Of a DNA stretch of 64,000 bases, positions 51,801-62,810 are shown piece after piece (the stretch's first letter is position 1; every line of letters starts with the position of its first letter). Below the pieces are notes generated by a model. It worked only from the letters and a program-made list of their open reading frames with translations, did no database searches and had not been told where the DNA came from. Source of the DNA: Nibricoccus sp. (GTDB lineage Bacteria; Verrucomicrobiota; Verrucomicrobiia; Opitutales; Opitutaceae); NCBI GenBank assembly GCA_047602425.1, contig JASGHG010000001.1:4192001-4256000 (forward strand), read 5' to 3'. A program made the position numbers and the translations under genes.

Positions 51801-52837
51801 CACGTCGGGCTGCCATTCAAGCCTTCACGCCGCGTAATGGAGCCGGACTTAACGTCCTTGATTCGCATCAGACCGCGGCTATTTCCGCACCAGATATTGC
51901 CATCGTGATCCTCGAACAAGGAAATGATGTCCATCGGTTCCTCGCCGGTGATTGTCCGGAACGCTTCGAAGCGACCATTGGAAAAACGATAGAGACCGGC
52001 AGCGGTCCCCAGCCACAATTGTTTGTCGGTATCGACGAGGAGGGCCTGGATCGAATTGGTCGGGAGGCCGTTTGAAGTGTCAAAAAGCTGCTGCACTTTG
52101 CCGTCAAAAAAACGCGCCAGTCCGCGGGGTGTTCCCAACCAGACGCCACCTTCAACCGCAGGGGCCATGGCGAGTGCCCGATCATGGGGAATGCCGTTCT
52201 GTTTTTGGGTCAGCAAGAGGATCTGATCGCCTTTCAGTTCGATGATGCGCGCGCCAATGACCCAAACATTGCCGTTGCCGCATACTCCGATCTGCCGCAC
52301 GCCGGTGGGTCGCGTTTTTTCGGTGAAAGGTTGTTGGATGAATACGCCGTTTTTATAGCGCCAGAGCCGTTCAACCTGACCGATGAGAATTTCGTTTTCC
52401 GAAACGGCATAAATGCTGCGCACCGCCTGGGGCGAACCTTCCATGGGCAGGTTCATTCTTTGCCAGCTGCCGTGGTGAAATTTGGATATATGGCCAGTTT
52501 CGGTGCCAACCCAAAGCGCGCCGTCAGCGGTCACGCACAGAGCCGAGATCGAATTGCTTTCCAATTCTGGGATTTTATCGAGCGTGAAAAGTTTGAAATC
52601 GCGGCCGTCAAAACGCCCAAGCCCTTCGGGTGTACCGACCCAAAGAAATCCTTCAGGCGTCTGCGCCATGCAGCGCACGGTGTTGCTCGGCATTCCCGCC
52701 GCGGTGGACCATTCGTCGCTCGCGAATTGTGCGGGTGAACGCGAAGGATCCAAGGCATGGGCAAAGCTCACGACCGCCAATACCAGCGCAACGGCAACGA
52801 GCCGCCGGCATTCTCGTTTGTACAGGAAGATGGACAC
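48824..52837 (-). CDS. Hybrid sensor kinase with beta-propeller (Reg_prop) and Y_Y_Y periplasmic domain
   Basis: Repeated LWxGT/GLxR propeller motifs, [13 protein letters not shown], a TM helix, [10 protein letters not shown] and a receiver LMDVQMP. Confidence 0.93.
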   Translation of the reverse strand: MSIFLYKRECRRLVAVALVLAVVSFAHALDPSRSPAQFASDEWSTAAGMPSNTVRCMAQTPEGFLWVGTPEGLGRFDGRDFKLFTLDKIPELESNSISALCVTADGALWVGTETGHISKFHHGSWQRMNLPMEGSPQAVRSIYAVSENEILIGQVERLWRYKNGVFIQQPFTEKTRPTGVRQIGVCGNGNVWVIGARIIELKGDQILLLTQKQNGIPHDRALAMAPAVEGGVWLGTPRGLARFFDGKVQQLFDTSNGLPTNSIQALLVDTDKQLWLGTAAGLYRFSNGRFEAFRTITGEEPMDIISLFEDHDGNIWCGNSRGLMRIKDVKSGSITRREGLNGSPTCVIQTRDGALWFGTNGAGIARFHEGNIENYRTSAGLYEDSITSLAEDKEGRVWVAYPNGRLSTIAQGKIEDASIGLSSGRVRTVAVDKNGVVWAGMLSKGLLRWNGQNFAEVPLGNFSRNIRHLLVDRSNRLWIGTRGGGLGVLNDGKLEQVIAPTDNTDNDIAGLCEDEEGTIWVTCAFDPILRRVANKKVEVVPLSSQESGRAFGLSADHDNLWIACTQGVVRLPFSEAKAALAGQKQNPTTELISESDGLRLGGPNVGSVPNAFRSQDNSHWFPMRLGMAQVDPKRIRRKSTQITVFIEDVLLSRRPITPAEFSKLPPGKHEIQIHYTAPNLSTPERISFRYRLVGFNSEWVLAGNRREAIYSNLPAGHYHFEVAAKHLNSDWNTEVAALEFEIRPYYYQTVWFWIAVPLSLCGTLVLIYKWRIRRHRLREERLACLVEERTRDLAAAKDAAETANKAKSQFLANMSHEIRTPMNGIIGMTELALDAAKEPEVRDYLKTAHSSSESLLKIINDILDFSKIESGKYTLTSERFDLIHCVESALETIGAGSPDKNIALIYQIDPRVPSMVIGDSSRFTQVLVNLLSNARKFTEHGEIVLRIALEESATIDHAVRLSVSDTGIGIPADRHEAIFESFEQVDNSTTRRFGGTGLGLAITRKLVHLMGGRIWVESTLGQGSCFNCILPLPPACPGTVVPPRAQEFSGHTVLLLVSNATLRETLCTATALWGLRPVTAASAAEAISLAKAGPQSAAFDFALIDNQVPNPKNGDPRCTASQLLEAGVIRAATTILYAPHPTPSERDFFSNLGFKTMLRRPLIKAKIRETFLQLFREAGGTIDKSVTANASSPFPRMTPLRVLLVDDNAVNLKVASTFVAKAGHAVTIARDGAEALSRYQQEPFDLVLMDVQMPVMDGLEATRQIRNLEKISGRHITIVALTAHSLKGDEERCLAAGMDAHLAKPIRVAEFFEVITKLLPHTILNGNTPPAPVSATP

Positions 52838-52940
52838 GGAACTGGATGTTCATTCGGCACAAGACGAAAGAACTAAAATCCAGTCGGTGAAACCTGGCTG
52901 CGGATAAGTTTTTTAGGCGGTGGCGATTTGCTCCGCTAAT

Positions 52941-53550
52941 TCAGCTCGGGCTGGCGGGCGGAGCCAGGTGACCCTTGGCCACGGCTTCGGCAATCATCTG
53001 CGTCATATATTCCCATAGCGCAGTCGCTCCTTGACCAATGTGTTGGTTCCGCGCGATGACGCGGTCACTGGTCACGCCGTGGTTTCTCCAGGCAGCGCCT
53101 TCCGTCAGGCAGTTGAGCAACATCGGTTGAAAGCGATCGACGGCGGCGGCGAATTTCGCCTCAGGCGTCGCGCGGGCTTCAAATTCATCCCAGAGTGCTC
53201 GCAGTTCGCGAGTTTGATCCGCCGGTAACAGTCCAAAAATGCGATCGGACCGCGCGTGCTTCGCGTTCGTGCTGATCGGCCATGCGCGCGGTGTCGTAGG
53301 CAAAGGTGTCACCTGCGTCGATTTCCACGAGATCGTGGATGATGAGCATCTTGAGGACGCGGAGCACATCGATTGGTTGAACATTGCTGTGTTCGGCTAG
53401 GATGATGACGAGGAGCGTGAGATGCCAGGAGTGCTCGGCGTCATTTTCGCGGCGGCGGCTCTGTGAGACGAGCGTTTGCCGGAATATTTCCTTCATTTTA
53501 TCCGCTTCGACGATGAAACGGATTTGTTGGGCGAGGCGTTCGTTTGCCAT
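52941..53550 (-). pseudogene. HD domain hydrolase, 1-bp frameshift near 53249 (possibly a sequence error)
   Basis: ENDAEHSWH and IHDLVEIDAGD lie in one frame; DRIFGLLP...WDEFE...TPEAKFA lies in the next. There is an extra base in GCG G(T)CC GAT. Confidence 0.85.
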
Positions 53551-53622
53551 GGACCAGGTTGAAGAGCTGCTGGCAGCCTGGCGAGCGCGGAATATTGGAA
53601 TGCGGACGGCCCGCATGGATTT

Positions 53623-53994
53623 TCAGGCGCTGCGCCGGTACGCGACGAGATAGAACGGACTTCCGGCAGGGGCCGCGAAACGCGTGGGCACGGTCCCATC
53701 GAGCCCGAAGCAAATGCGCAGGCGGTCGCCGACGAGTTGATAGATCGAAGGAATGGTTCGGCCTTTGTTGGTGCCTTGTTTGCTGTGCAGTGTGATGGTG
53801 TGCACCTCGGCTGAGACATGCAGCGTGTAGCTGCCTGTATCGGTGATTTCCTCGCCGAAGTGAACGGCATAGGTGCCTGCGCCGAGGACCAATTGCATGC
53901 TGCACAACGCCAGTTCGGGCGCATGCTCGCCGGCAAGTTCGGCCTTGAAGGGCTGCCACGTGCCTTCGATCGGATCGGGCGTCATCAAAACCAT
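53623..53994 (-). CDS. TIGR03067-like domain protein
   Basis: IEGTW, IYQLVGDRLRICF and PTRF pattern. Confidence 0.75.
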   Translation of the reverse strand: MVLMTPDPIEGTWQPFKAELAGEHAPELALCSMQLVLGAGTYAVHFGEEITDTGSYTLHVSAEVHTITLHSKQGTNKGRTIPSIYQLVGDRLRICFGLDGTVPTRFAAPAGSPFYLVAYRRSA

Positions 53995-54045
53995 GCGGAA
54001 GAAAGAACCTGTCCACTGGCCGCCTGTTTGGTGCGGCCGGAGTGG

Positions 54046-55815
54046 TTATTTGAGGATCATGTCCTTCACCGTTTTGCCGGCGGGAATCATCGGCAGGACG
54101 TGCTCGGTATAAGGCACGATCACGTCGAGCAGGTAAGGGCCATTGTGGTCGAGCATTTCCTGGATTGCTTCGCGGAGTTCGCTCTTTTTGACGACACGAC
54201 GGCCTTTCACGCCGAAACCTTCGGCGATTTTGACGAAGTTGGGATACAGGCCGTCGATGTTTTCGGGGCCACCGATGTTGTTTTCGTCGCCGAGTATCGT
54301 GTTGCCGCGGACGCTGCCGTAAAAACGGTCTTCCCATTGCACCACCATGCCGAGGTGCTGGTTGTTGAGGATCATCGCTTTTGCGGCAATCTTCTCGATG
54401 GCGGCGGTGGCGAGTTCCTGGATGTTCATCATGAAGGAACCGTCGCCGTCGATGTCGATGACTTGGCGGTCCGGGCAAGCGACCTTGGCGCCGAGCGCGG
54501 CTGGATAACCGAAGCCCATCGCACCGAGGCCGAGTGAGCTGAGGTAGCGTCGCGACTTGTTGAAATCGTAGAACTGGGCGGCCCACATCTGATGCTGGCC
54601 GACGCCTGTGGCGATGATCGCGTCGCCCTTGGTCAACTCGTAGAGCATGCGGACAGCCTCCTGCGGGACAATGTGCTTGCTCGGTTCGTAGCTGAATGGG
54701 AAATCTTTTTTCCACTTGGCGATTTGTTCGTGCCAGGGCTGGGTGTCGGGTGCCTTGAATTTGGCGGTGGCGAGCAGTTTGTTCAGCCGGGCGAGCGCGT
54801 ATTTGACGTCGGAACAAATGGGGAATGCGACCCGCTTGTTTTTATTGTGCTCGGAAGCGTCGATGTCGATGTGGACGATTTTTGCGCCGACGGCGAATTT
54901 GCTAGTGTCGCCAGTGATGCGATCGTCGAAGCGCGCGGCAAGGCAGAGCACGAGGTCGGCCTGGTCGACCGCCCAGTTTCCGTACGCTGATCCATGCATG
55001 CCGAACCATTTCATGGAGAGAGGATGCGACTCAGGGAAGGCACCGACGCCCATCAGGGTGGTGGCGACAGGGATGTTGGTGGTCTCGGCAAATTTCCTCA
55101 GGTCGCCCATCGCTTCGGCGGAAATGATGCCGCCGCCAACATAGAGGACGGGACGCCTGGCCTCGGCGATGAGCGAAATGACTTTTTTCAATTCGTCATC
55201 GGTGGCGAAAAACTGTGGATTGGCGTAGGCGCTGCGGAACTGAACGCCTTCTGGAAACACGGGCGTGAAGCGTGCTTGTTGCACGTCCTTCGGAATATCG
55301 ATCACAACGGGGCCGGGCCGGCCGCTCCGCGCGAGGTGGAAGGCTTCCTTGAAGATGCGCGGCAGGTCATGCACGTTCATCACGAGGTAAGAGTGTTTCA
55401 CGATCGGCAGGGTCATGCCGAAGAAATCAGTCTCCTGAAACGCGCTTTTTCCGATGAATTTTGAAAAGACTTGGCCGGTGATCGCGACCATGGGGATCGA
55501 ATCCATGTAGGCGTCGGCGATGGCGGAAACGAGATTGGTGGCGCCGGGGCCGCTGGTGGCCATGCACACGCCAACGCGGCCTGAAGCGCGGGCGTAGCCT
55601 TCGGCGGCGAACGATCCACCTTGTTCGTGGCGGGGAAGAATGACGCGAATTTTATCGGTGCGTGCGAGTGCCTGATGCAGTTCCTGCGAGGCGCCGCCGG
55701 GATACGCAAAAATCACATCAACATCTTCGCGGATAAGGCACTGGACGACGGCGTCGGCACCTTTCATTTCCGTGACAGCGGGAGTTTTAGCGGTAGAGGC
55801 GGTGGCTTTTTTCAT
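54046..55815 (-). CDS. ilvB: Acetolactate synthase large subunit
   Basis: [24 protein letters not shown] and the TPP motif GDGSFMMN...NN. Confidence 0.96.
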   Translation of the reverse strand: MKKATASTAKTPAVTEMKGADAVVQCLIREDVDVIFAYPGGASQELHQALARTDKIRVILPRHEQGGSFAAEGYARASGRVGVCMATSGPGATNLVSAIADAYMDSIPMVAITGQVFSKFIGKSAFQETDFFGMTLPIVKHSYLVMNVHDLPRIFKEAFHLARSGRPGPVVIDIPKDVQQARFTPVFPEGVQFRSAYANPQFFATDDELKKVISLIAEARRPVLYVGGGIISAEAMGDLRKFAETTNIPVATTLMGVGAFPESHPLSMKWFGMHGSAYGNWAVDQADLVLCLAARFDDRITGDTSKFAVGAKIVHIDIDASEHNKNKRVAFPICSDVKYALARLNKLLATAKFKAPDTQPWHEQIAKWKKDFPFSYEPSKHIVPQEAVRMLYELTKGDAIIATGVGQHQMWAAQFYDFNKSRRYLSSLGLGAMGFGYPAALGAKVACPDRQVIDIDGDGSFMMNIQELATAAIEKIAAKAMILNNQHLGMVVQWEDRFYGSVRGNTILGDENNIGGPENIDGLYPNFVKIAEGFGVKGRRVVKKSELREAIQEMLDHNGPYLLDVIVPYTEHVLPMIPAGKTVKDMILK

Positions 55816-55989
55816 GGATGTGACGGGCAAAAATGAAGGGCAATACAAAGCTCCGCCTCTCAGGAGAGGCAAGCGCGGAAACCGGATTTACCCGTAGTGA
55901 TTCAGTCCCCGTGCAACCGAAAGACCGAACTGTTGGTTTTGGCCCCTCTCCGCAGCCCTCCGGCAAACGTCTGCCAGCCTCGGAAGGTT

Positions 55990-56087
55990 TGTCATCCATT
56001 AAATGACAAAGGTCCGGTAAACCGACGAAATGACGCGTGGAGGCGAAGGTTGCGGGTATCTGAATGGTTGTCATTTAATAGATGACA
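55990..56087. promoter_or_regulatory. Two TGTCAT-N7-ATGACA palindromes upstream of ilvB
   Basis: 55990-56008 and 56069-56087; 18/19 identical as inverted copies. Confidence 0.65.
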
Positions 56088-56246
56088 TACCAGTTTGATA
56101 GGTACAATGGCATCTTTGATGCCGAGCGGGGTTTTGCGAGGGGCAAAAAAGAAACGCTGTGGATTGAGGGGGGTTGGCCACGGCGGTAAGTGGATGGGCA
56201 ATGTGATTGCGGTTGCACTTGGGCGGGGGGAGGCGGAGCCTGCGGC

Positions 56247-57035
56247 ATGCTGAAATTTTTGTTCATCGGTGACATTGTTGGGCGGCCGGGCCGCGAGATC
56301 GTGGTTGAGCGCCTGCGCCGACTAAGGTCTGAGCGCGGCATCGATCTTGTGATCGCCAACGCCGAGAATGCCGCTGCCGGATCGGGTGTGACCGGAGCGA
56401 TTGCGAAGGAGTTGCTGGCCTCCGGAGTGGATGCGATCACGCTGGGCGATCACGTATGGGACCAGAAAGGTTGGGAGAGTGAGATCAACAGTTTCGAACG
56501 AGTGTGCCGTCCGGCGAATCTACCCTCGGTGTGCCCGGGGAGGGATCATGTGGTCGTCGAGGCGAAAGGATTTCGTTTGGCGGTTTTTACGGTTTTGGGG
56601 CGTCAATATCTCGGCACGAAAGCGGATTGTCCTTTTCTTTGCGCCGACCGGATGCTCGGTCAACTCGATGGGCTTGCCGATGGCGCGATGGTAGAGATTC
56701 ACGCCGAGGCGACTTCAGAAAAGCAGGCATTGGGCTGGCACCTCGACGGGAGGTCGCTGGCGGTGCTCGGCACGCATACGCACGTGCCGACGGCCGATGC
56801 GGCAGTGCTGCCGAATGGCACGGCGTTCATGTGCGATGTGGGCATGACCGGTCCTTACGCGAGTGTGCTCGGTCGTGAAGTGAAGCCCGTGATCGGACGG
56901 TTTTTGGACGGCATGCCCCGGCGTTTCGAAATTGCCGAAAAGGACGTGCGCCTATCGGGTGCGTTGGTCGAGTTCGATCCAGAAACGCGCAAGGCCGTCA
57001 AATGCGAGTTGCTGGTGATCAGGCGGAATAATTGA
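56247..57035 (+). CDS. YmdB/TIGR00282 family metallophosphoesterase
   Basis: [30 protein letters not shown] and DVGMTG. Confidence 0.93.
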   Translation: MLKFLFIGDIVGRPGREIVVERLRRLRSERGIDLVIANAENAAAGSGVTGAIAKELLASGVDAITLGDHVWDQKGWESEINSFERVCRPANLPSVCPGRDHVVVEAKGFRLAVFTVLGRQYLGTKADCPFLCADRMLGQLDGLADGAMVEIHAEATSEKQALGWHLDGRSLAVLGTHTHVPTADAAVLPNGTAFMCDVGMTGPYASVLGREVKPVIGRFLDGMPRRFEIAEKDVRLSGALVEFDPETRKAVKCELLVIRRNN

Positions 57036-57166
57036 GCGCCAAGGCCTGAACCTAATCCATTTTACAGGAGGAAACAGGGAAGCCGAAAATCCCGCAGCGG
57101 CAAAGATGCTGCGCGTGCGCAACCCCTGTTGCCGGCCGACATTGCAGCCACCAGCTATGGCCTTGG

Positions 57167-58705
57167 TTACTGTCCGGCCAGATTGATGTTATAGCGTGGG
57201 AGGGAGCTGCCTTCGAGTTTGGCGAGGTCGGCGTAGGCGAAGCGGAGGTTCACCTTTGCCTGAAGCGCGTTGACGCGAGCGGCGTCGAGTTCGGCCTGGG
57301 ACTGTTGCACAAAACGGAAGGTGGAAAGGCCTGCTTCGTAACGGGCTTTTTCCTGCTCGAACTGTTTTTGGCTGAGCTCAAGCGCGAGGGCGGTGATGCG
57401 GACGTTTTCGAGACTGGTCTCGACGGCGCGGATGGCCGTGCGGACTTGGACGAGGATATTTTGCTCGATGAACTGAAGGCGCGTTTGTTCGCGGGTGAGA
57501 GCGATCTGGGCGTTGCGATACCGGGCGGATTCGGCGCGGAGTCCCCATGGCATGGTTACGGAAAGATCAAGCTGCCAGTTGTAGCCTTTGCCGTCCCAGA
57601 CGTTGGTGGAGGCGCGGGAGTACGAATTTTCCTTGCTGGCCTGTCCGACCTGACCCGTGAGATCGACCTGGGGGAGGCGGGCGTTTTTGGTGGTTTTGAC
57701 GTCGAGCTTGAATTGCTCGATGGCGAGGGTGGAGGAAAGAATGTCCGGTTGATTGTCGCGGGCGAGCTTGAAGGAACGATCGAAGGAAACGACGGGCGCG
57801 GCTTCCTCGCTGAAGCGAACCTGACCGGGCGGTTGATCGAATTCGAAACGGCCGATGAGCTGCATGAGCGCGTCTTCGCTGTTGCGTACGGTTTGGTTAG
57901 CGAGAACGAGATCGCGCTGGGCATTGGCGACGCCGACTTCGGATTGGAGGACTTCGAGATCCGTGGCGACGCCGGTGGCGCGACGGGCTCGGTTTTCTTC
58001 AAGGAGTTTCTGGGCGACCTCGAGGGAAAAACGGCGGACTTCGCGTTGTTCGCGGGCGAAGACGAGGTTGTAGTAAGCGGACTCGACGCTGCGCACAACG
58101 GTGAGCACGGTGCTCTTCAGGTCATAATTGGAACGACCGAGGCCAAGCTTGGCGCGTTCGATGGCGGCGCGATTTACGCCCGTGCCCGCACCTTTGAGCA
58201 GCGGCTGCCTGACGACGAGGCCGACGTTGCCGGTATAGGCTGGGTTGAGACCGGAGGACACGACGGGTTTGCGGTAGTTGCGGTCTAATACACCGGTGGC
58301 GGTGACGGTCGCGCCGGTGACGACCCTTTGAGCGACCGAAGCACGGGTGTCATCAGAAGTGCTTTTGGTGGAAAGGGAATTTTGAGAAGTCGTCGTGACG
58401 GCCCCGGTCACCGGATCGGTGGTGGTGATGATGGTCGTGTCCGGTGCGGTTTTGTTGAACGAGCGACTGGTTTCCAAGCTCAACGTCGGATCGTAGATGG
58501 CCTTGGCGATCTGAACGTCGTTGGCCGCGCTGTCAGTGGTGAGACGCTGGAGACTGACATCGAAATTCTTTTCGAGAGCGCGGGCCACGCACTCTTCGAG
58601 CGTGAGTGGAGCGGGATTATCGGCCGCTGCGGTCTGCGCGTGAATGACGGGCAGGAATGAAGCAAAAACGAGTGACAGGGTGGCGAGGCGCGAGAAGAAC
58701 GTCAT
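57167..58705 (-). CDS. TolC family outer-membrane protein
   Basis: Signal peptide, LTLEECVARALEKN, QPLLKG and two OEP-like repeats. Confidence 0.88.
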   Translation of the reverse strand: MTFFSRLATLSLVFASFLPVIHAQTAAADNPAPLTLEECVARALEKNFDVSLQRLTTDSAANDVQIAKAIYDPTLSLETSRSFNKTAPDTTIITTTDPVTGAVTTTSQNSLSTKSTSDDTRASVAQRVVTGATVTATGVLDRNYRKPVVSSGLNPAYTGNVGLVVRQPLLKGAGTGVNRAAIERAKLGLGRSNYDLKSTVLTVVRSVESAYYNLVFAREQREVRRFSLEVAQKLLEENRARRATGVATDLEVLQSEVGVANAQRDLVLANQTVRNSEDALMQLIGRFEFDQPPGQVRFSEEAAPVVSFDRSFKLARDNQPDILSSTLAIEQFKLDVKTTKNARLPQVDLTGQVGQASKENSYSRASTNVWDGKGYNWQLDLSVTMPWGLRAESARYRNAQIALTREQTRLQFIEQNILVQVRTAIRAVETSLENVRITALALELSQKQFEQEKARYEAGLSTFRFVQQSQAELDAARVNALQAKVNLRFAYADLAKLEGSSLPRYNINLAGQ

Positions 58706-58917
58706 GGATAAAGGAGGCACACGAGCTGGAGCTGAATAGAAAACACGGTGGATGTCGAAAAGTTACAGTTGTTTGCGGAGGGAATCGAGAATCGACCCGG
58801 GCGTTTCAACCATTTGCTATGACGCGGATGGTCATGAAAAGTTGCAACGCTTTCGCTGCCAAAGGGCGTAGTTCGGTCTCAAACGGCGGTGAATGCCGGT
58901 GGACGGTGGCGAGGCAC

Positions 58918-58947
58918 AAAAAAGGCGCGAGTTGAATCGCGCCTTTT
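58918..58947 (-). terminator. Rho-independent terminator
   Basis: AAAAGGCGCGA/TCGCGCCTTTT stem with a U tract on the minus strand. Confidence 0.8.
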
Positions 58948-58976
58948 CGAACTAATCAGAAGCGTTAAAGAGGACT

Positions 58977-60608
58977 TTACTTGCGGACGGCGGGAGCGCT
59001 TTTCGCGAGTTCTTTTTCGATAATTTCGTTCAGGTACTCGGCGCTGCTGCGCGCGGCGTTGGCGCGGGCCATTTGGGTTTGGAAGACCTTATATTGCGGA
59101 TTGGCCTCGGTGAGTTCGGGAACTTTTTTATCGGCGGCGTAAACGATCAAACCTTTGTCTGCCCCGACGGCCATTTCGGAAACGGCGCCTTTGTTGAGAT
59201 TTTGCAGCGCGCTGTAAGCGAGATAATCGAGGTCTTGTGGACGCTGGCGGAGGGTAAATGGCGCGAGGGTCTTGGACTCGACTTTGGTGGCGGCGGTGGC
59301 GCTGGAATTGGCGACGGCTTTCTCGAAGGTATCGCCGGCTTTGAGACGGGATTCGATCTGGGTACGAATGGCTTTGCCGAGTTCGACGAAACGTTTGCGT
59401 TTTTCCTGTTCGACGTAATCAGCGGTGACCTTGGCCTTCACTTCAGCAAGCTCCGGCTGGCGGGCGGGAATCATTTTGTCGAGGAAGAGGACCACGCCGC
59501 CAGTGCTCAGGCCGATCGCGTCGGAAATGGGACGCTCGGGAGTGAGCTTGAACGCGGCTTCAGCGGCATCGCGGCTGCGGCCGAGCTCAACCGGCGGTTC
59601 GTCGACGGAGAAAGGCGCGAGATCGCGGAGTTTGATTTTGTTGGCGACAAGGTATTCTTCGAACGCGGGTGTGCCGGGTTGCAGTTTTTTGTTGTCGAGG
59701 GCGAGGCTGAAGTCGGCCGCCGCTTTGGTGGCGAGGCGCGCAGCGCGTTCGACGCGGTAGGCGAGCTCAACCTGAAGGCGGGAAGACTCGAAATTAGGAG
59801 CAGGGGCAGGTTGTTTGGGATCGGCTTTGGGATCGGCCTTGGCGAAACGGGCGGGATTGGCGTCAAAGTAGGCTTTGAGTTCCGCTTCAGTAGCCGTGAC
59901 TTTGTCGAGATAGGCGGCGGCCGAGAAATCGGCAATGCGAACGCTGACCAGCGGGGGGATTTGGTAGTTCCCGGAAAAGTCGGCAAAGAATTTTGCAATG
60001 TCGGCGTCGGACGGCGTGATGGTCGGCGAAAAGGCTTTGTAATCGACGGTGGCAACGCCGAGGGTCCAGCTGGTTTCAGCGAGTTCGAGTTGTTTTTTGA
60101 CGTCCTGCGGCTGCACGAAACCGGGGCCTCCGAGAAGGGTGGCAACACGCTCGATGCGGAAATCGTCCTCGATGACGCGGCGGACCAGGGCTTCCTGGTT
60201 GCTCTTGCGGATGTCGGCTTGGAAGCGGTTGTAAGCGTTGGCGTCGAATTCGCCTTTTTCGTTGGCGAAGGCCGGAATGGTTTTCAGGTAATCCTTGAGC
60301 TCGGTGGCCGTCGGGCGCGGAAGATTGAGCTGGTTGGCGAGGGCGAGGGCACCTAAGCGGGCGAGGGGGTTCGTGTTTTCCTGACGGAGGAAACTGCTGA
60401 GTTGGGCTTCGCGCGCGATGGGCGCCATGTCGCTTTCGGAGGCGAGATTGTAGCCGAAAAAGGGGCGGCTCGAGATCCTCCGATCGGCGCGGCCGACTCC
60501 GGCTGATTGATTGTAGACGAGCACGAGTGGAACCGCCATCGCCAGCAGGACGAGCAGGAAGACGAGTTTGAAGTGCTGTTGGAAATATTTCTGAATCCAG
60601 GAAATCAT
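58977..60608 (-). CDS. SurA N-terminal/PpiD-like periplasmic chaperone
   Basis: MISWIQK plus a TM anchor; GEFDANAY and ELKAYFDAN PpiD-type motifs. Confidence 0.8.
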   Translation of the reverse strand: MISWIQKYFQQHFKLVFLLVLLAMAVPLVLVYNQSAGVGRADRRISSRPFFGYNLASESDMAPIAREAQLSSFLRQENTNPLARLGALALANQLNLPRPTATELKDYLKTIPAFANEKGEFDANAYNRFQADIRKSNQEALVRRVIEDDFRIERVATLLGGPGFVQPQDVKKQLELAETSWTLGVATVDYKAFSPTITPSDADIAKFFADFSGNYQIPPLVSVRIADFSAAAYLDKVTATEAELKAYFDANPARFAKADPKADPKQPAPAPNFESSRLQVELAYRVERAARLATKAAADFSLALDNKKLQPGTPAFEEYLVANKIKLRDLAPFSVDEPPVELGRSRDAAEAAFKLTPERPISDAIGLSTGGVVLFLDKMIPARQPELAEVKAKVTADYVEQEKRKRFVELGKAIRTQIESRLKAGDTFEKAVANSSATAATKVESKTLAPFTLRQRPQDLDYLAYSALQNLNKGAVSEMAVGADKGLIVYAADKKVPELTEANPQYKVFQTQMARANAARSSAEYLNEIIEKELAKSAPAVRK

Positions 60609-60621
60609 GGGGAAACTGGCG

Positions 60622-60649
60622 ACGCTAGGGCGGAGGCGGGGCCTGTCAA
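60622..60649 (-). promoter_or_regulatory. Putative sigma70 promoter
   Basis: TTGACA-N16-TAGCGT, ending 14 nt before ATG 60608. Confidence 0.55.
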
Positions 60650-60756
60650 TGGGGGAGTCACGCGAGTCGCACGCTATTTTTGAGCTGCCAGCCGGTTATT
60701 AGGCGGTTGCTTTGGAGGCAGGGCTTTGGTGGGGTTGGGGCCTACTTTTATATCCC

Positions 60757-61302
60757 ATGAAAAAATCGTTTCGTTTTGCACTGTCGTTGTTGCTGCTCGG
60801 ACTCTTCGTGTTGCCCGCAGGACTCTCCGCACGCGAAAAAAAGGATTACAAGGTGCAGGTGGTGATCGACCGCGGCTTGGAAGGAAAAACGCAGGATGAG
60901 CAAAATCAGCTTAACCAAGTCGGCGAACGGCTTGAAGCGTACGTGATCGAGATTTTTAAGGATAATGGCGTGACCGCCACGATGATTCCCTCTCGCGACA
61001 AGTTCGACCCCGCCGTCGCACCATATCTCTTGATCGTGAAAATGGTTCGCTACAACGCAGGCAGCAAAGCGACCCGCATGGTCGTTGGCTTTGGCGCGGG
61101 CGCCGCATCCCTCGACATTCATTACGAACTATTCGGTGCGGAAAAAGATCCATTGTTGACGAAGGACCATGGCCGCGGTTCATCCCGGGACTGGACTTAT
61201 GTTTGCAGGACGCTCGGCAAAGACATCTACAAGGACGTCGATGCCGCGATCTCGGCGAAGAAAGAGCCCTCCAAGCCAGCGCCCACGGAAAAGGCGAAGT
61301 AA
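60757..61302 (+). CDS. DUF4410-like exported protein
   Basis: Signal peptide; GSKATRMVVGFGAGA motif. Confidence 0.75.
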   Translation: MKKSFRFALSLLLLGLFVLPAGLSAREKKDYKVQVVIDRGLEGKTQDEQNQLNQVGERLEAYVIEIFKDNGVTATMIPSRDKFDPAVAPYLLIVKMVRYNAGSKATRMVVGFGAGAASLDIHYELFGAEKDPLLTKDHGRGSSRDWTYVCRTLGKDIYKDVDAAISAKKEPSKPAPTEKAK

Positions 61303-61360
61303 GCACGAGCTCGCAGCAAATCGTCGCTGGCGGTCCCGCGCATTCGCTTAACCGCCGAAT

Positions 61361-62773
61361 CTAGACGGTGCTCTTTCCATTATTGGAAGGATTTTCCGCG
61401 AAGAGCTGTTCCAGCGTGCGGGTGAAGAACGTTTCTTCTTCCTGCGACTTCAACGTGTCGTGATAACGGGTAAGCACGGGATCGAGACGGGCCAGGGCTT
61501 CGCCTGCCGGGTCCTCGCCGTGATGTTCGAAGCGATGCTTGAAATCCCCCAGCGTGATGCGATTGAGCGGTCTCGCGGGCTGGTAATGATAGTCCTGGGC
61601 ATTGGTTTCGGCGCCGGGAGGGACGAGGGTGACGAGTTGGAGATCGACCAAGCGGTTGAGACACTCGTTGAGAATCTGGGTGGGAACCTTGATCGTGCCT
61701 CCGAGCTGTGCGACACCGCATGGCGGGAGGCAGGCTTGGAAGCGGCGGGCGATGGTCAACAGCACCGCAAGAGTCAGTCGTTCCCGCGTCGCCTCGGTGA
61801 GATTTCCCCAGGCGGCCTGACTGTTGCGGAAATGGACGTTTTGCACCGCGTAACTGATCTGGCCGCCAACCAGAATGAAGAGCCAAAAAACATAGAGGCC
61901 GAACATCAGGATCATCGGCAGCGCCAGCGAACCGTATAAATTGCGTGTGAGATCGACGCGGCGCAGATAGAAGAACGCCAAGAAATTATTCGCAACGAGA
62001 AGCAGGGCCACGAGCAGAGCGCCGATCAGGGCCGCGCGCCAGAAGACTTGGGTGTTGGGAATGTATCGGTAAAACACCGTGAGGATCCCGATCAACAGGG
62101 CGATGGAAAACGCGGGCAGCGTCAAAGTGAGCAAGTCCGTCATGCCCGGCGTAAGGTGCAGGTTGTCGCGAAAAAATCCCACGAAGGCCGCCGTCGACAA
62201 CATGCCGACGGCTCCGAAAAACACCACTGCGCCGAGGGTCAGAATCGTCCAATAAAAAACGATGCGCGTCAGCCACGAGCGTCCGCGGCGCACGCCCCAG
62301 ATGTCGTTGAAGACTTGCTCCACCGACGTGAACAAAAGCAGCACGATGACGATGATCGACACGATACTGATGACGCCGCCGGCGGCGCTGTGACGTGTCG
62401 CGGCGATGAAGCTATTGATAAGATTGACGAGCTCAGGATTGACCGAGACTTGTTCGCTTTGGCCAACCTGCGGTGCGGCGAATTTCAGCAATTCGCCGAT
62501 TTTGTTGGAAACGAGATCCGAGTTATCCTTGCCCACGGCAAAGCCCGCGATGAGCGCTGCGAGCCCAATCACCGGTCCGATGCCGAGCAGAGTACTGAAA
62601 CTGAGTGCGGCGGCCCGGCTGGTGATCCGCGTTTCTCCCATGCCGGTGATCGTGATCGAAATCACACGAAGCACGGCGTAAATGCGTCCGCGCAACGACC
62701 GGTCGTTTAACAACGCGGGTTGCCAGATGTCGCGGGTATAGAGGGTGATGAGGCGGCGGAGTCTTTGGCGCAT
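61361..62773 (-). CDS. YihY/BrkB family membrane protein with C-terminal winged-helix-like extension
   Basis: RAAALSFSTLL, FNDIW, YRYIPNT and YGSLA. Confidence 0.9.
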   Translation of the reverse strand: MRQRLRRLITLYTRDIWQPALLNDRSLRGRIYAVLRVISITITGMGETRITSRAAALSFSTLLGIGPVIGLAALIAGFAVGKDNSDLVSNKIGELLKFAAPQVGQSEQVSVNPELVNLINSFIAATRHSAAGGVISIVSIIVIVLLLFTSVEQVFNDIWGVRRGRSWLTRIVFYWTILTLGAVVFFGAVGMLSTAAFVGFFRDNLHLTPGMTDLLTLTLPAFSIALLIGILTVFYRYIPNTQVFWRAALIGALLVALLLVANNFLAFFYLRRVDLTRNLYGSLALPMILMFGLYVFWLFILVGGQISYAVQNVHFRNSQAAWGNLTEATRERLTLAVLLTIARRFQACLPPCGVAQLGGTIKVPTQILNECLNRLVDLQLVTLVPPGAETNAQDYHYQPARPLNRITLGDFKHRFEHHGEDPAGEALARLDPVLTRYHDTLKSQEEETFFTRTLEQLFAENPSNNGKSTV

Positions 62774-62810
62774 CGTGCTCGAAAGAGGATGCCCGTCAAA
62801 ACGCACCGCG

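Noticed and set aside
53498..54817. 439-aa minus-strand ORF overlapping ilvB and the TIGR03067-like gene
   Set aside because: It is an off-frame Arg-rich reading of real genes.
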